Shown: piece after piece, positions 34,728 to 48,874 of the stretch
Position numbering within the stretch: the first letter of the stretch is position 1
Layout of the letters: each line of letters opens with the position of its first letter
Assembly (NCBI GenBank): GCA_051530055.1
Contig: CM121341.1
Coordinates: forward strand, 2,842,151-2,906,150
Reading direction: 5' to 3'
Length of the DNA stretch: 64,000 nucleotides
DNA from: Neoechinorhynchus agilis
Taxonomy: Eukaryota; Animalia; Acanthocephala
Notes under the pieces: model-generated
Seen by the model: the letters and a program-made list of their open reading frames with translations, nothing else
Told to the model about the DNA's origin: nothing
Databases searched by the model: none
Position numbers and translations under genes: made by a program

Positions 34728-34971
34728 TCAATTTTAATCCTCCTGACATGCAATTAGTGCATTGATTAATTTTTAATAAAGATAATTCGCCAACATTTTT
34801 GTCAATTAGACTAATCGCTCATCTCCCATATACACAACTGTAGCACCCGACCTTTTCTTCATGTCAATTCTTCGTTGGCGATTAGAAACTGAGAATCTAT
34901 CTGCTCGGCAAAGACTCCTACGTCGATTGGAATTAATCCGGATGTATTTAATGGGTGTAACCTTATTGCTT
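34728..34971 (+). repeat. 244-bp direct repeat, copy 2
   Basis: See 32951-33194. Confidence 0.93.
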
Positions 34972-36444
34972 CGTTTTGATTTTGCGTGATTGATACCATC
35001 ATGTTGATGATCAGACAATCTCGATTTGCCTAAATTTAATTTAAACAACAAAAAAAATGTTTATAACAATACTCTTGAATGTATTTTTGTTTGCATCTGA
35101 CACTTTATCGGCAATTAATTTTACATGATATTTGGCAGTTCGCGATTGGTGTGATCCCATCTACGGATTAAATCGAGAATTTTTTGTATGGGTGTTTGTG
35201 GCCGAAATCGTTTTTTAAATGCACGACTGAACGACGTGTATTTTTGCGACGTTAATTTGACTTATCCTTTTTAACCTTTTCTTAAACTGTTCATCTTTAT
35301 ACAAAAAGGTCATTTAAGAGGAAACCTCATAAACAAGACATAACGAGGAAGCTTTTATAGAACTCCTTTAAACGGTTACAACCACACTCGAAGAGTGTCA
35401 CTCGTCCAAAAAATGTGTACCCACTTAATGTCAAAAATCACACTTTTTCCCCAAGAAATGTGCTGGACGCTGTAAACACTCGAGAATCATGCAACCAAAC
35501 AATATTTCTGTAGCCAGTTATTGAGACAGATTTTTGCTTTTATAAAATATTTTTGCAGTACTTCCAAAAATTTTTATATATTGAAAAATTACTTGTAAGA
35601 AATGACTTGGAATTCTCATCTATATGCTATAAGTTCTTCAGTAAATGGAAGATTTTGTGCCTTAATAATTTTTAACTATTGAGAAAAACCAACGATTTCT
35701 TTGTTGATGTGTTTGTGCAACTCGCCTTTTCATTAATTTAAAAATAGTAAATTCTCTTTGTTTTCTTGCCAGACAACATTTATTTTTTTACAGACTTAAA
35801 ATTTCAACCGATTAATACCGGTAAGTATTTTGGATTCTGTTCTTTTCGAAAGGAGATTTTACCCTTGAGAAATACCAACGATTTCTTCATCGATGCGTTT
35901 GTATAATTCGTCTTTTAATTAATTTAAAACTAGTAAATTCTCTATGTTTTCTTATGACCAAATATTTATTTTGAAGAATGTTAATCTCTTTGGTTTCTCG
36001 CAAGAAAATATTTATTTTGAAGAATGTTAAAGCTTCAACAGGTTTATACCGATGATCAATCAATCGCTTGACGGCGTCCTGATCGAGGGCCGCAAGGTCT
36101 TGGCGAACCATAGGCGAGATTGATGAGTCCAGAATGAAGGCAACTTTAGGCTCACTGCCTGTATCGATGTTCGTCTTGGGGAATAACTTGGAAAATACGT
36201 TCACAAGTGTTGGGATCACCAATGTAGTCGAAAAACCGATTTTATGTTATCTTTTTAGACTCTCTCATATCGAGTCCATTTCACATTTGATTGAAACTAA
36301 AGACCCAGAATTCTGAGGTGGTTATTCGTCTGATCAAAAATAAGAGAAATTATTATTGATGAAAATTTGCAATTAAACAATCAGACAGTAACGATTTTTC
36401 GACAAAATTGAAATCATTGTTGATATATTTATCGATTAGATTCT

Positions 36445-37960
36445 TCACATTTTATTGTTCAAAGTAGAGGAGGTTTAAATGAATGTAGCTGTTTATTTTG
36501 GAATGGATGGCGGGTCCGGTCAAGTGGGAAAGTTAGTGATTATTGGTGTAAGAGTTTGTAATTTTGGGTCTTTCCTCCAGTTCATATTGACACTAATAAA
36601 GACTCGAATCGTCATTTAAAATTTCAAACATACTTTTGTTGACTTTGCTAAGATTGTTATAAACATGGTGAAGCGGTACTTTGTCTAATATCTTTTAAAG
36701 TAATTCATCAGGCAATGTATCCAGAGTTCGACTTTCAGGCATGATTGGTAGATGCCATATAAAAAGCTGCGATTTATAATGTGGGTAAGAGTGTTTATGA
36801 GTTCGGTGATGATGTAGCGAAGAGCCCAGTTTGGGATTTCGGTTTGAGAGGACGAATTTCTAGGTAATTTCTTGAGATGTTGGAAGACGTCTTATGACGA
36901 AACTAAGTGGAGCATCGGCGAGTTGACAGCAGTTTTAGTTGTAGGAGTGACAGTTTTTATGGAGTCTAAGATTTGGGTAATGGTTGTAATATGATTCAAA
37001 CCAGAGTTTCTGATTAATGGAATCTAGAACCTGTTTTAATTCAGTGGAGGACAAATTAGGGAAGGGATCCGGGTGGTGTAGACCGAGAGAGTCCTTGGCG
37101 GCCCGCCACGATGTTGAGTTGCTACCTGAATGCGGGCGATAAATATTTTTGTTAGTTAGTGTTATTTGTAAACGGGGAAAGTCTGGAGAGTTATTGCGAT
37201 GGGTTTTGGAAGCTTGCCTTAGGGTCGCGGTTGGAGATTTTAATGAAATTCTTGGGAATTGCCGAAGCTGGGGAATTTTCTATGATTGAGTTAGGGAGGA
37301 AATGGCCAAGGAAGGGTCATTTGTGTTGTTAGAGTGGGATGTGAGGATGTTAGAGTTGAATAATTTTATAAAATTGTGGATGTAATGACCACGTTTATCC
37401 CAGAAGGGTAAACGGGGAGATTTCATACGCAGAGGTGGAATGGAACGAGTGATAAGGGCAGAGAAATGGTGGAGTTCGCGGGGAGAGGGAGTTTAGAGGC
37501 GGATGAGTGGTCGTAGATATTTGTGAACACTTTGTCGAGGTGAGCGTCAAAACGAGTTGGGAAGTCAATAAGTTGACGCAACTCGGAGAAGGGTAGAAGA
37601 GGAAATAGATTATTGAAGTCCCCTGCAATTAAGAAATTGTGCGAATTTGTAGAGTTTATGAGATCCGTCGTGTAATCAAGTTGGCGCAAAGAGGACTCAG
37701 GATGAGAGGTCGGAGGGCGATAGACGCCAGCATGGTGAATTCTCTAAGGCCGTTTCTCAGAGGAGCTATGAAATGGACTGCGATGAATTCTAGGATTTGA
37801 GATCTATTATTCGACCCTTCGGAGCAAATCATCGCGATCCAACCAAATAAACCGCTCACGTCCAAATCTTTGTTAGAAGTTCTCTCCAAAGAAACGATTC
37901 CAAACTCACTTTTATTGTGAACTTTTTCTTGTACATCATCTCGATTACTTACTTTATAAA
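36445..37960 (-). mobile_element. Internally deleted CR1/L2-like LINE (APE endonuclease, RT remnants, single-copy 3' end)
   Basis: GVYRPP, FLIAGDFN, FPTRFDAHLDKVFTN; 36500-36600 is a diverged single homologue of the 396-bp unit. Confidence 0.8.
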
Positions 37961-38301
37961 CCATTTTACAAAATCGAAATGTAATGTTGGGGGGCTAAAA
38001 AGCCAAGCTTACTGGAATTGAACAATAATAGATGACAAAACTCAAAAGAAAAGTTTTAAACGTGTACTTCCGATGTAGCAAAAAAATGACACAGTGAAAT
38101 TTTTTAAACCGTTGAAGACTTTAGTCAAATTATGTCGGTAACTTAGGCGAAAAATTAACCTGATACGATTTTCTTATCTGATGAATCGACTTTATACAGA
38201 TTAAAAAATCCCACGTATCCACTTTTGGAACCAAACACGTTCTTATCAGTCTTTTTAAACGTATGCAAATGTCTTCGGCTTAAGACTTCAATTCCACAAG
38301 A

Positions 38302-38781
38302 ATGGATTTTGCCCCGAGCGGCATTAAAAATCCAGAATTTAGAAGTTACGCTGAAGAAATTTGCGCTTTATTGAAAGGTTACTTAATGTTCACGTATTTT
38401 TCTTCATTAGGAAGAAATCCATCGGATCTGCGACGAACGGAAATTAAAATGGCATTTGATTGTCTCGGTTACGATATCGCTGAATTGCATTTCGTCGATG
38501 TGGAGCATCGAATAATCGCCCTTTGTCAAGGCTACCCGGAATTTGATTTGGACGCAAATATTTTCCGATTATTAAAAGTGGCGATGGATTTACTCTTTGT
38601 TTCTTATAGTCCAACGCCAATAAGTCAATCTTTCAGTCTGCTCAATAAACATGGATGTGATAATTTAAATCTATTTCTCAGCATATCGGATGATATCGAG
38701 TGCTTACATAAAACAGAATTATCGGAAGTTTATTGGAAAAATTCATTTGTAAGGAAAAGAAGCAAACATAGGGATTTATGA
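38302..38781 (+). CDS. Hypothetical 159-aa protein
   Basis: ATG-initiated open frame in an AT-rich region; no recognisable motif. Confidence 0.35.
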   Translation: MDFAPSGIKNPEFRSYAEEICALLKGYLMFTYFSSLGRNPSDLRRTEIKMAFDCLGYDIAELHFVDVEHRIIALCQGYPEFDLDANIFRLLKVAMDLLFVSYSPTPISQSFSLLNKHGCDNLNLFLSISDDIECLHKTELSEVYWKNSFVRKRSKHRDL

Positions 38782-40170
38782 GTGTAAATTCTGAAAATTT
38801 ACTGTATAAATTGTCCATCATAATAACGTATTAATTGCTAAATCAATAATAAGTATTTTTTTACGAATGTGTATCTATTTTTTTAATACTTGAGAGGGTT
38901 TTTTGTGGAATCATAAAGCGATTACTGACTGTGTGTTTTTTTTTCGAAAATTAATTTGACAGAATGAAAAGTATATAAAATTTCACGCATAACTTGAGCG
39001 AATCAGCGTGCAACAATTTTAAAAAATTGAAAATACAAAACAGAGAACTGTTTCAATTAAAGTTGTTGCAAGTTTATTTTTTGTTCATTTTGGTCCTTTT
39101 ATAGCATTCAACCGGAAATTGAGAATTAACCTATTAGTCAGTTTCTGGATATTTAGTGGTTAAAAATAAAATCCATGAGTATGTGGAAATGGGGGAAAAT
39201 TATATATCCAAGAATCACTCGCATTGCGAATAAAACACTTCAACGTGATTGGACGAAATATTTCCACATATTTAGTGGTTTAATTTCTAAAATGAATATT
39301 TTTGAAAAATTAATCCTTTTAATTAAATCATTAATTGATTAATCATCTAGAGCAGATTCTTAGAAGATTTTCAATTGCAGAATCCCTTAAAACCAGCAAT
39401 CTCTTGATGGTGACTAAGTCTAAGCATTCACCTCTAAAATTCGATTTATAAATGCCAATAAGACTCCGCCGGATAACTTACGTTTCTTCGTCTTTCGTAT
39501 TTAGAATGAAATTTGACACATTGAAACGAGCTGAGTTTTGAAATTTTGTTAGCTTGCTGATATTGTTCATTCGGCCAAGTCACAATTAGTAAATTCGGAT
39601 TTAAGGTAAAAAATTCTTTGAAACCTTCAATTTAAAGAGATGTCTCCGATTTGTTTCAAATTATAATTGGACGATAATGATTAAATTTAATATTCATGGA
39701 ATTCAATTAAAAAGTCACCACTACGCATCTAAAAATTTAAATACGCGAAATGAACTATTTTTCTTGATTTATTGAATGATATGTTTAAATCGATGCATTG
39801 TTCGATTTTACGTTAAATAAAAAAATGCGTAGATTTGTTAGTTTGGCGAATTAAAGAAAAATGATTTTAATTGAATAAAACATTTTTCAAGTCCCACGAC
39901 ATAGAAGACGAAATATTAAATCCCTTTATTTCGCCTAAAACATCTTAAGAATCAAAATGTTTCATTTTCAAAACCTTTCAGAATTGCTTTAAGTATTTAA
40001 GGTCGTCATTTCGTTTCATGGCACTGAAGGCTTTAAAAGAACGCAAATTGCGCCCACGAAGAACTCGTATATTGTCGAAACGTAAAGCTTAACTTTGAAA
40101 CCGACTGTCAGCGCCAACACATTTTTATTGAGAGGTTAAAAATTTGAAATTAAAAATCTTGTTATAAGAT

Positions 40171-42251
40171 ATGGACGGAACACACGAGCCGTCAATAGAC
40201 CAAACCATTGTTCCAGTTACCAATCGGCCAAGTCTTCTAAGACGCACAATCGTTTTTGTTTCTACTTACATTTGGTAAGTTATCTTAAAAATCTTTGTCT
40301 TAAAACATTCATTTTTAGCTATCTGAGCCTTCATTCAGCTCGAAAAAGCTATTCTAATCTAAAATCAGCGTTCATTTCGGTTTGGACGCCCGATAATAAA
40401 AATGCGAGCATTGTTCAAACTTTAAAGGTATCATTTTTGAACGCTTTTCTCAAAAAAAATATCAAAAAAACTTAGTGGCACATTAAGGCAAGTGGAAACG
40501 AAACTCTCTTTGATAATGAAGCACAAGCTGAAATGTTTCTTGGAATCCTAGATGCTCTTTTCCTTCTAATGTACTCGATTGTATGTAAACTTTTTTTTAC
40601 GTTAGACATCATCGTGCTACTGATCACACTACTATAAGTTTCTATTTATCAGTGGATATTTGGGCGATAAATTCAATCGAAAACTTGTGCTGAGCATCGG
40701 AATTGTTGGATCGAGTATTTGCACTCTTCTATTCGGTTATTTTACCGAGATTTTTCAAATCTACAACACGGTCTTGTATGCGTTCGCATGGAGTGCGAAT
40801 GCGATTTTTCAGTCTGCTGGATGGCCGGTCCTGATCGCCATTCTGGGTGAATATTTCCCTTCAAACGAGGCGCGTGGAATCTTGCTAGGAATGTGGAGTT
40901 CGTGTGCTTCGGTTGGAAACATCGTAGGCGCCGAAGTTGCCGTGAATATCCTTTCAAGTGGATACCAGGTATTTAGAAAAAGGTTTCTTGAAAAAAAACC
41001 AATTCGAATTTAAGAACGTCTTTCTGTTCAATTCGGTGTTCATGCTGATTGCTGCCGTTTTCGTAGTCATTGCTCTTAGTGGCAGCCCGGTTCCAATGGA
41101 AACGAACATTGGAACATCACATCAATCTTCCTTTGGATTCCGGGATGCTTGCTGCAGATACGGTGTAATTCCAGTAAGTCTCTTCAATGAAATCACACAA
41201 ACTCATCTTCTTAAAAGTGCGGTCTTTCATTCGCTTGTATAAAACTTGTACTTTCTTGCAATCATCTATAAAAACGGATGGCTTTCCAAATTTATAAGAA
41301 TATCTTTATTGATGATTGCCTTACAGTTTCTTCTTCTGGTTACCTCTTTATCTCCACAACAAGTATCGATGGCCGGACGAAATCGCTAATCAGTTATCGG
41401 TGTGGTTTGACATTGGTTGTATATTTGGCGGTGTTTGTATTGGAATGTTGTCGGTAAGTTCGATTTTCGAGAGTAATAACATCAATTTTCTATTCACAAA
41501 AAAAGGACATTATAAGACATCGATACATTGTTGTAGAGGTCTCGTTGAGTGTTTCGGTGCCGCTGTTATTCATTTATCTCGGTTAGCTTTCTTTTCAAAA
41601 ACCATTAAACTTAGGATTTAAGGACTTCCAAATGACAAAACTGGAAACGCAATCGTAATGACGCTGATAGGATTTTTCATCGGAGGCGGCGGATCCATAA
41701 TTTCAACTGCTATTACTGCAGATCTCGGTAAGTTTAGGATGATTTGTTCCTTTATCTAACCATCAATCGTCTATGACTGCACTGAGCATGTAAAAATGTA
41801 GCTTTTAAATTGCAATTCCGTTATTTTAGACTTATCCACTAATCTTACAAGCATTTCTAATTCTTTTCTTATCAAAAGGAAACGATAACGCGGACGCTAA
41901 TGAGTCCGGCGAAGGTACTCAAAAATCTGTTTTAAGTACTGTCGCCGGCATAATCGATGGAATTGGTAGTTTCGGTGCTGCCATCGGTCAGCTTTTAATT
42001 CCGACGATACACAATGCCGTCCACGGTGATTGGAAGCCGGTGTTTTATATGCTAATTACTTCGGTTGGTGTGGTTTTGTTATAGATGAACTTGTTTAATC
42101 GTTATTGTTATAGGACATTCTTGCAATTGTTTTCCTTTTTCCTTCGTTAATACGAGAATTAAAGTGGTCTCTGAGAAATGGAATTTGTAATTGTCAACAA
42201 CGACCAGAGGAAGTTCCGTTCGCGGATTCCGACAGTCTTCAAAATGAGTAG
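40171..42251 (+). CDS. SLC37A: MFS sugar-phosphate exchanger (SLC37A family), multi-exon
   Basis: HSARKSYSNLK, GILDALFLLMYS, GYLGDKFN, QSAGWP, GMWSSCASVGNIVG, FFFWLPLYL, IISTAITADLG, TVAGIIDGIGSFGAAIGQ; ~40-110-nt GT-AG introns. Confidence 0.88.
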
Positions 42252-42380
42252 TTGTGATCGAGAAAACCGAGTGAATGTGCTCATTTGAGTGTCAGAAAAT
42301 CTAGTCTTGTAAATTCGTTTGTGTGAACCAATCCTTGCTTGAAAGGTCGACTTTATTAACTTTCTTCATTTTTTAGACCA

Positions 42381-45300
42381 ATGACCTCGACTACACTTCC
42401 CTACGAAAAGGATTTATTGCTTCGTTTGTATCAAGAAAATTCACTTGTGATTATGGCAAGGTATTCTCGAATGCTGAAGAAATTCTGATAAACCATTTGA
42501 GTCCCTTTTCATTTTAGAGGTCTCGGGGTTGATCGTATTTTCCTAAATCTTCTAAGAATGTATTCTGACCCTAAGTATATGGTAATTTGCTTAAATTTAA
42601 ACAAGGCTGAACAGGTTTTTTAATGAAGCCGATATTTATGTTACTTTTAATATATTTCCAATTGATTCAGGATCACTTTATAACCGAGCTTTCCTATACA
42701 AACTCCAATCGTCTTCCACGCATAATAAACACGGATACTCCAGTTAATAAACGGGTCGAAGTATACTCGAAAGGAGGCATATTCTTCATTACATCGAGGT
42801 ATTTTATTTTGCTTACATGGTCATTTATCCCTCTTTCTCTTCGAAAAGGATTTTAACAGTGGATTTATTAACGTCGAAGATTCCAGTCAATAACATATCA
42901 GGAATTCTCATATACCAAGCGCATAGGATTGCTGAGAATTGTCAAGAAGCATTTATAATGAATCTATACAGGGAAAAGAATAAAACGGGGTTTATTAAGG
43001 CCTTATCGGATAATCCACTTGTGTTCACAAAGAGTCTTTGTCGAGTGTCAATATCGATGAAGATGTTGTTTGTTCGGTCGTTAATTCTCTTACCGCGATT
43101 TGACGCTTCTGTTCAACAATATTTAAGCAAAAAAGAGGTTAGAGATGATTAATTCCGGATTTTTTAATTTTTTTCAATATTATCCGCCAATATCGTTTTT
43201 AGATGCGGGGAATTTATTTGAATTTGAAGTTGATCGCCTATAGAATTATCCTTTTTCATAATCAAAAATCTTTTATCTTGCACAACAACGTTAAATTATA
43301 ATTATTTCGACGAAATTAGACAACTTATAACGAACTTTATAATCGTTTTGAATCTTAGCCGCGAATATTATTTTCAGATACGAGGAATCTTCTTGAAATT
43401 GAAGTCGATTGAATATAGAATTATCCTTTGTTCTTAATAAGAGGTCAAAACTTTTTTATCGCGCAGTAACGTTTAAATTATTTCGTCGAAATTAGACAAC
43501 TTATTACGAACTTTATAATCGTTTTGAATCTTAGCCGCGAATATTTTTTCAGATACGAGGAATCTTCTTGAAATTGAAGTCGATTGAATATAGAATTATC
43601 CTTTGTTCTTAATAAGAGGTCAAAACTTTTTTATCGCGCAGTAACGTTTAAATTATTTCGTCGAAATTAGACAACTTATTACGAACTTTATAATCGTTTT
43701 GAATCTTAGCCGCGAATATTTTTTCAGATACGAGGAATCTTCTTGAAATTGAAGTCGATTGAATATAGAATTATCCTTTGTTCTTAATAAGAGGTCAAAA
43801 CTTTTTATCGCGCAGTAACGTTTAAATTATTTCGTCGAAATTAGACAACTTATTACGAACTTTATAATCGTTTTGAATCTTAGCCGCGAATATTTTTTCA
43901 GATACGAGGAATCTTCTTGAAATTGAAGTCGATTGAATATAGAATTATCCTTTGTTCTTAATAAGAGGTCAAAACTTTTTTATCGCGCAGTAACGTTTAA
44001 ATTATTTCGTCGAAATTAGACAACTTATTACGAACTTTATAATCGTTTTGAATCTTACGCGAATATTTTTTCAGATACGAGGAATCTTCGAAATTGAAGT
44101 CGATTGAATATAGAATTATCCTTTGTTCTTAATAAGAGGTCAAAACTTTTTTATCGCGCAGTAACGTTTAAATTATTTCGTCGAAATTAGACAACTTATT
44201 ACGAACTTTATAATCGTTTTGAATCTTAGCCGCGAATATTTTTTCAGATGCGAGGAATCTTCTTGAAATTGAAGTCGATTGAATATAGAATTATCCTTTG
44301 TTCTTAATAAGAGGTCAAAACTTTTTTATCGCGCAGTAACGTTTAAATTATTTCGTCGAAATTAGACAACTTATTACGAACTTTATAATCGTTTTGAATC
44401 TTAGCCGCGAATATTTTTTCAGATACGAGGAATCTTCTTGAAATTGAAGTCGATTGAATATAGAATTATCCTTTGTTCTTAATAAGAGGTCAAAACTTTT
44501 TTATCGCGCAGTAACGTTTAAATTATTTCGTCGAAATTAGACAACTTATTACGAACTTTATAATCGTTTTGAATCTTAGCCGCGAATATTTTTTCAGATG
44601 CGAGGAATCTTCTTGAAATTGAAGTCGATTGAATATAGAATTATCCTTTTTTTTCTTAATAAGAAGTCAAAACTTTTTTATCGCGCAGTAACGTTTAAAT
44701 TATTTCGTCGAAATTAGACAACTTATTACGAACTTTATAATCGTTTTGAATCTTAGCCGCGAATATTTTTTCAGATACGAGGAATCTTCTTGAAATTGAA
44801 GTCGATTGAATATAGAATTATCCTTTGTTCTTAATAAGAGGTCAAAACTTTTTTATCGCGCAGTAACGTTTAAATTATTTCGTCGAAATTAGACAACTTA
44901 TTACGAACTTTATAATCGTTTTGAATCTTAGCCGCGAATATTTTTTCAGATACGAGGAATCTTCTTGAAATTGAAGTCGATTGAATATAGAATTATCCTT
45001 TTTTTCTTAATAAGAAGTCAAAACTTTTTTTATCGCGCAGTAACGTTTAAATTTAAATTCAAGGCTGACGTTATTGAGATTCATGTCGATATGAGTGATC
45101 GAATGAAAAAAATCCAAATTTCTTTGTTTGAGATAATCAACAGTTGTCTCCAGGAGCTGCGAAGGAATAATAAATTCGTAAGTACTTTTACTATTATGCG
45201 TTCAATTTAATTTAAAACGACTGAAAAAGTTCGACAATGACATGCTAACGCTTGATAACGCTATTTTGCCCTATTTTCAAAATTACATCCGAAACCGTTT

Positions 45301-47968
45301 AAGCGAAGTTTGGGCTCAGGTCGACGCAAAAAATCGGCAACTTGTGAACGAACTAAGAATTCTCCAAAACTTAATATTGTTGGTAATCTTCATTTCTTCG
45401 TTATTATTTACAATTTTTTACAAAGGGGCCTTACACAAACGGATCCGATTTCTTTTTACGCAATGGTTCAGTCTGTGAGGTGAGTTCATAAAAGCTTCTA
45501 GAGTGACACTCACGATCTCGTCAAGGATGAATGAGACGAAAATCGGTCGGAATTCAAACTGGATTGTACTTGAAGCAGCTGATGTTCTTTTTAATGTACA
45601 TCCGCACTTAGGTTACCTAATGGAGATTGCTCGTTACTTTAGGAAGCAAGAGCGAGAGTGTTTGGAACAAATCTAAAAGAGTCCAACAAACCCGGTAATT
45701 CATAAGAATATTTCTTATTAGATAATCCGTTTAAAAGACATTCAATCATGTATTGATGAGAATCCAAAGCTAAACGCGATCTTGGATGTGATTGAGGAAA
45801 TAAAGAGGACGAAATTGGATAACGGTATTGAGCCGGTCACACTCATTGTGGCATGGGAAGAGAAGTCCTGCGTCAATATCAAAGAAGTCCGTTTAAACTT
45901 CGATTTTCGAAATCAAATCTTCGCAAATTGTTTAGTTTTTAAGAAGTTGTTCAGTGGAAGAGTACATTAGAGAGCAATTAGAAGCCTTGAGTTCAATACT
46001 AACTGTCCAGGATGACTTAGATGTTTTGAAGAATAAACGCAGAACTGCTGGAACTAGCACAACTACTAATTTAATTGTCGCAAAAACACTTCTTGATCAA
46101 TTCTTGGTATGCTTGTTATAAATTCGTCTTTTCGCATGCAAAAATATTCCGTTTAGTTGAACGAAAACCCGGCGGAGTCGAGAGAAACTCCGATCAATTA
46201 CGACATCGATGATCCGCCTTGTGTGATTTGTCCACTGACTGGCATTCCGGACACCTTCGCTATCACAAGACTTCTTTACAAATATAAACCTCGATTTATT
46301 GTGCTCTTTGATACAATGCTTCCTTTCATCCGGCAAATCGAGGTTATTTCTAACAAACGTCTATTTCGTTAAAACATATTGAAGGTGTTCAATGCAACTC
46401 ATCCAGACCACGATTTGACTGTGTTTTCAATGGGATATGTGGACTCCGCTGAAGAGCGTATATTCCTATCAACCGTCGATATTGAACAACGTGCCATGAG
46501 TGATCTCATTGAAGATAGTAAGGTAAACATTAACGGCGGAGCGTTCTAATTCGTCATGGCTAAAGTGCCAAGGTTAATAAATTATATTTGTCGCTGCAAA
46601 TTTTTTTCCATATATGGATTTTGGAGCAAATAACAAAGCCAATTTTAACCCGTTTAGAAAATAGCATTTTACGAACTTTTCATAACACGAGGATGCGTTT
46701 GGAAAACCGATCAGTGTCGGTCATTATATGCTAGTCTTAAAGAATTTGTCGTCTAACTTTTACCTCGGACTTGTTCAAATTCAAAATAACCGTAAAATAT
46801 CGTTTAAAGTTTAACAAATAATAATTCGAAATTACCATTTTATCTAAGTGGTTCATGGAGTTAATAGGCAATGGAATTCATTGTTAATTTCTACAAAAAC
46901 AATTTGCAAAGTTAAAAGTCATTCCTTAAGCAATATCGCGGTATAGCTCTTGTTTTTTTCCGAACCAACGATTTAGACATTGGTAGTACCAGAAGACGTT
47001 GAAGGTTTAATGGAAAACGACATTCGATTTCGTCGAGACGACACTCGCATTCTACTGGGCGACCGAAGTGAACTCGGTCGCTTAGAATCCAAAAAGAAGC
47101 GAGCTCGTCTTTATGAGAATGAAGAGAATAACGAATCTGAAGAGCCAAAGCACCGTGTGATTGTTGACATGCGTGAGTTTCGATCCGAACTACCAGCACT
47201 TTTGTACCGACGAGGAATAGAAATTGTTCCGACTACATTAGAGGTACTTGATAACAATTTACAAGCTGTTTTCTCCACATTTTGGCTTAGGTTGGCGACT
47301 ACATAATAACTCCAGATATGTGTATTGAGCGTAAGAGTATTAGTGATTTGTGCCAATCGCTCAATAATGGCCGTTTGTTCACTCAAACGTCAGTGATGTG
47401 CCGACATTATAAGAAGCCGATTCTGTTAGTTCATTGGTTCTTAAATCGATCTCTAAGAATCATTGAAGATGATTGAGTTCAATCAAAACACTGATTTTGG
47501 TATAAAGGTAAACCTGTTTTTAGATTACATCGAAGAATTCAATCTATTTCTTTGTAGCAAAGATTCAATAAAGACAATAATTTTACCTCACGTGAGACAT
47601 ATTCAAAGCTCGCGTTGCTCACCCTTCATTTCCCTAAACTACGGATTCTATGGTGTCCAACTCCCAAGTCATCAGCTGAAATGATCCACGAACTAAAACT
47701 CAATCGTGATCAACCGAATCTCGAACAAGCTATGGCTATTCGTAACGATATGAGCGTCGATGAAACCAAGTATAGTGAACTTTGCCAGGATCTTCTTTTG
47801 AGAGTACCGGGAATTAGCTTTAAGAACTGCCGAAAAGTGATGGACCACGTTGATTCGTTTATGGACATGGCTGATTTGAATCTAGAGCGTTTGACGGAAA
47901 TCTTAGAGAATGCTAAGTCAGCCAATCAGATTTACGCTTTTTTTAATACACGCATACCCAAAAAATAA
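42381..47968 (+). CDS. ERCC4: DNA repair endonuclease XPF, multi-exon
   Basis: [106 protein letters not shown], HhH VPGISFKN. Confidence 0.95.
43201..45055 (+). repeat. Tandem array of ~10.6 x 175-bp units filling one XPF intron
   Basis: agatacgagg anchors at 43376, 43551, 43726, 43900, 44073, 44246, 44421, 44596, 44773 and 44948; diverged first unit at 43201. Intron runs gag|gttaga 43139 to ttcaag|gct 45063. Confidence 0.95.
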
Positions 47969-48874
47969 AATAATGCGGTTTGTTTGTGAAATAATAAGAA
48001 GAGCAGAAGCTATATCGAATGGCATATCAGCGAGTAACATTTAAAAATAGAAACTAGATTCACCAAAAAGAACACACCATTGCTTTTTTGACTGACTCCA
48101 AACCTAATTTTTCGCAAAATGAGTACACTTAATCGGTTTTTTTTCTAGATCACGACAACTGATCATTCTGAAGAATGTCAAAATCCGCGAGCGGAAATTC
48201 GTCTCTGAAGCTTTGTCATCGGATAATTAAATATTTAGGGAGTTGTAGACTTCTTAGACGTGAAAAGTGATGATTGGGATACTCTGAATTCCATTTTTGG
48301 ACAAATTTAGAAAGATGAGTTTTTCATCGAATTTTTGCAAGTGGTTGTTCGCGAGATCGTCAGTCTGAAGATAAGTTATGGTCATAAATGCATACAAGAC
48401 GATTCTCTAAATCGTATTAAATTGAGCACGAATTTTTCACTTCAGAGAATTCGTCGATTATTCAAGGAAGAGCTAAATTTCATAAGCAGTTCCTCAACGG
48501 TCGAGGCGATCACGATCTGAATGACTATGTAGTTCGGAGAAAATAAATCTTGTTCCTGAATCGTAACCCTAATAACTAATTTTTTTATTCCCATAATCTT
48601 GCTGAAGATAAACTTCAGAATAGTTTAATAAGAAAAGATTGAAGTTGATATAATTAAACAAATAATTTTTATTAGTTTTATCCAATGATTCCATTAATAA
48701 CGCAGAAAATTCAACATTTTCATCGGGCTTTTGTGTACGGCGATAGAAGTTCGCTATCGGACGGAATCGACCTCTTTCGAAAGCAGAGTAATCCGTAGGT
48801 TTTGAAACGATCATCGGCGGAATGATTAATTCAACTCTTATATTTTCGCAATCTAAATAAATACTGAAATTTAA

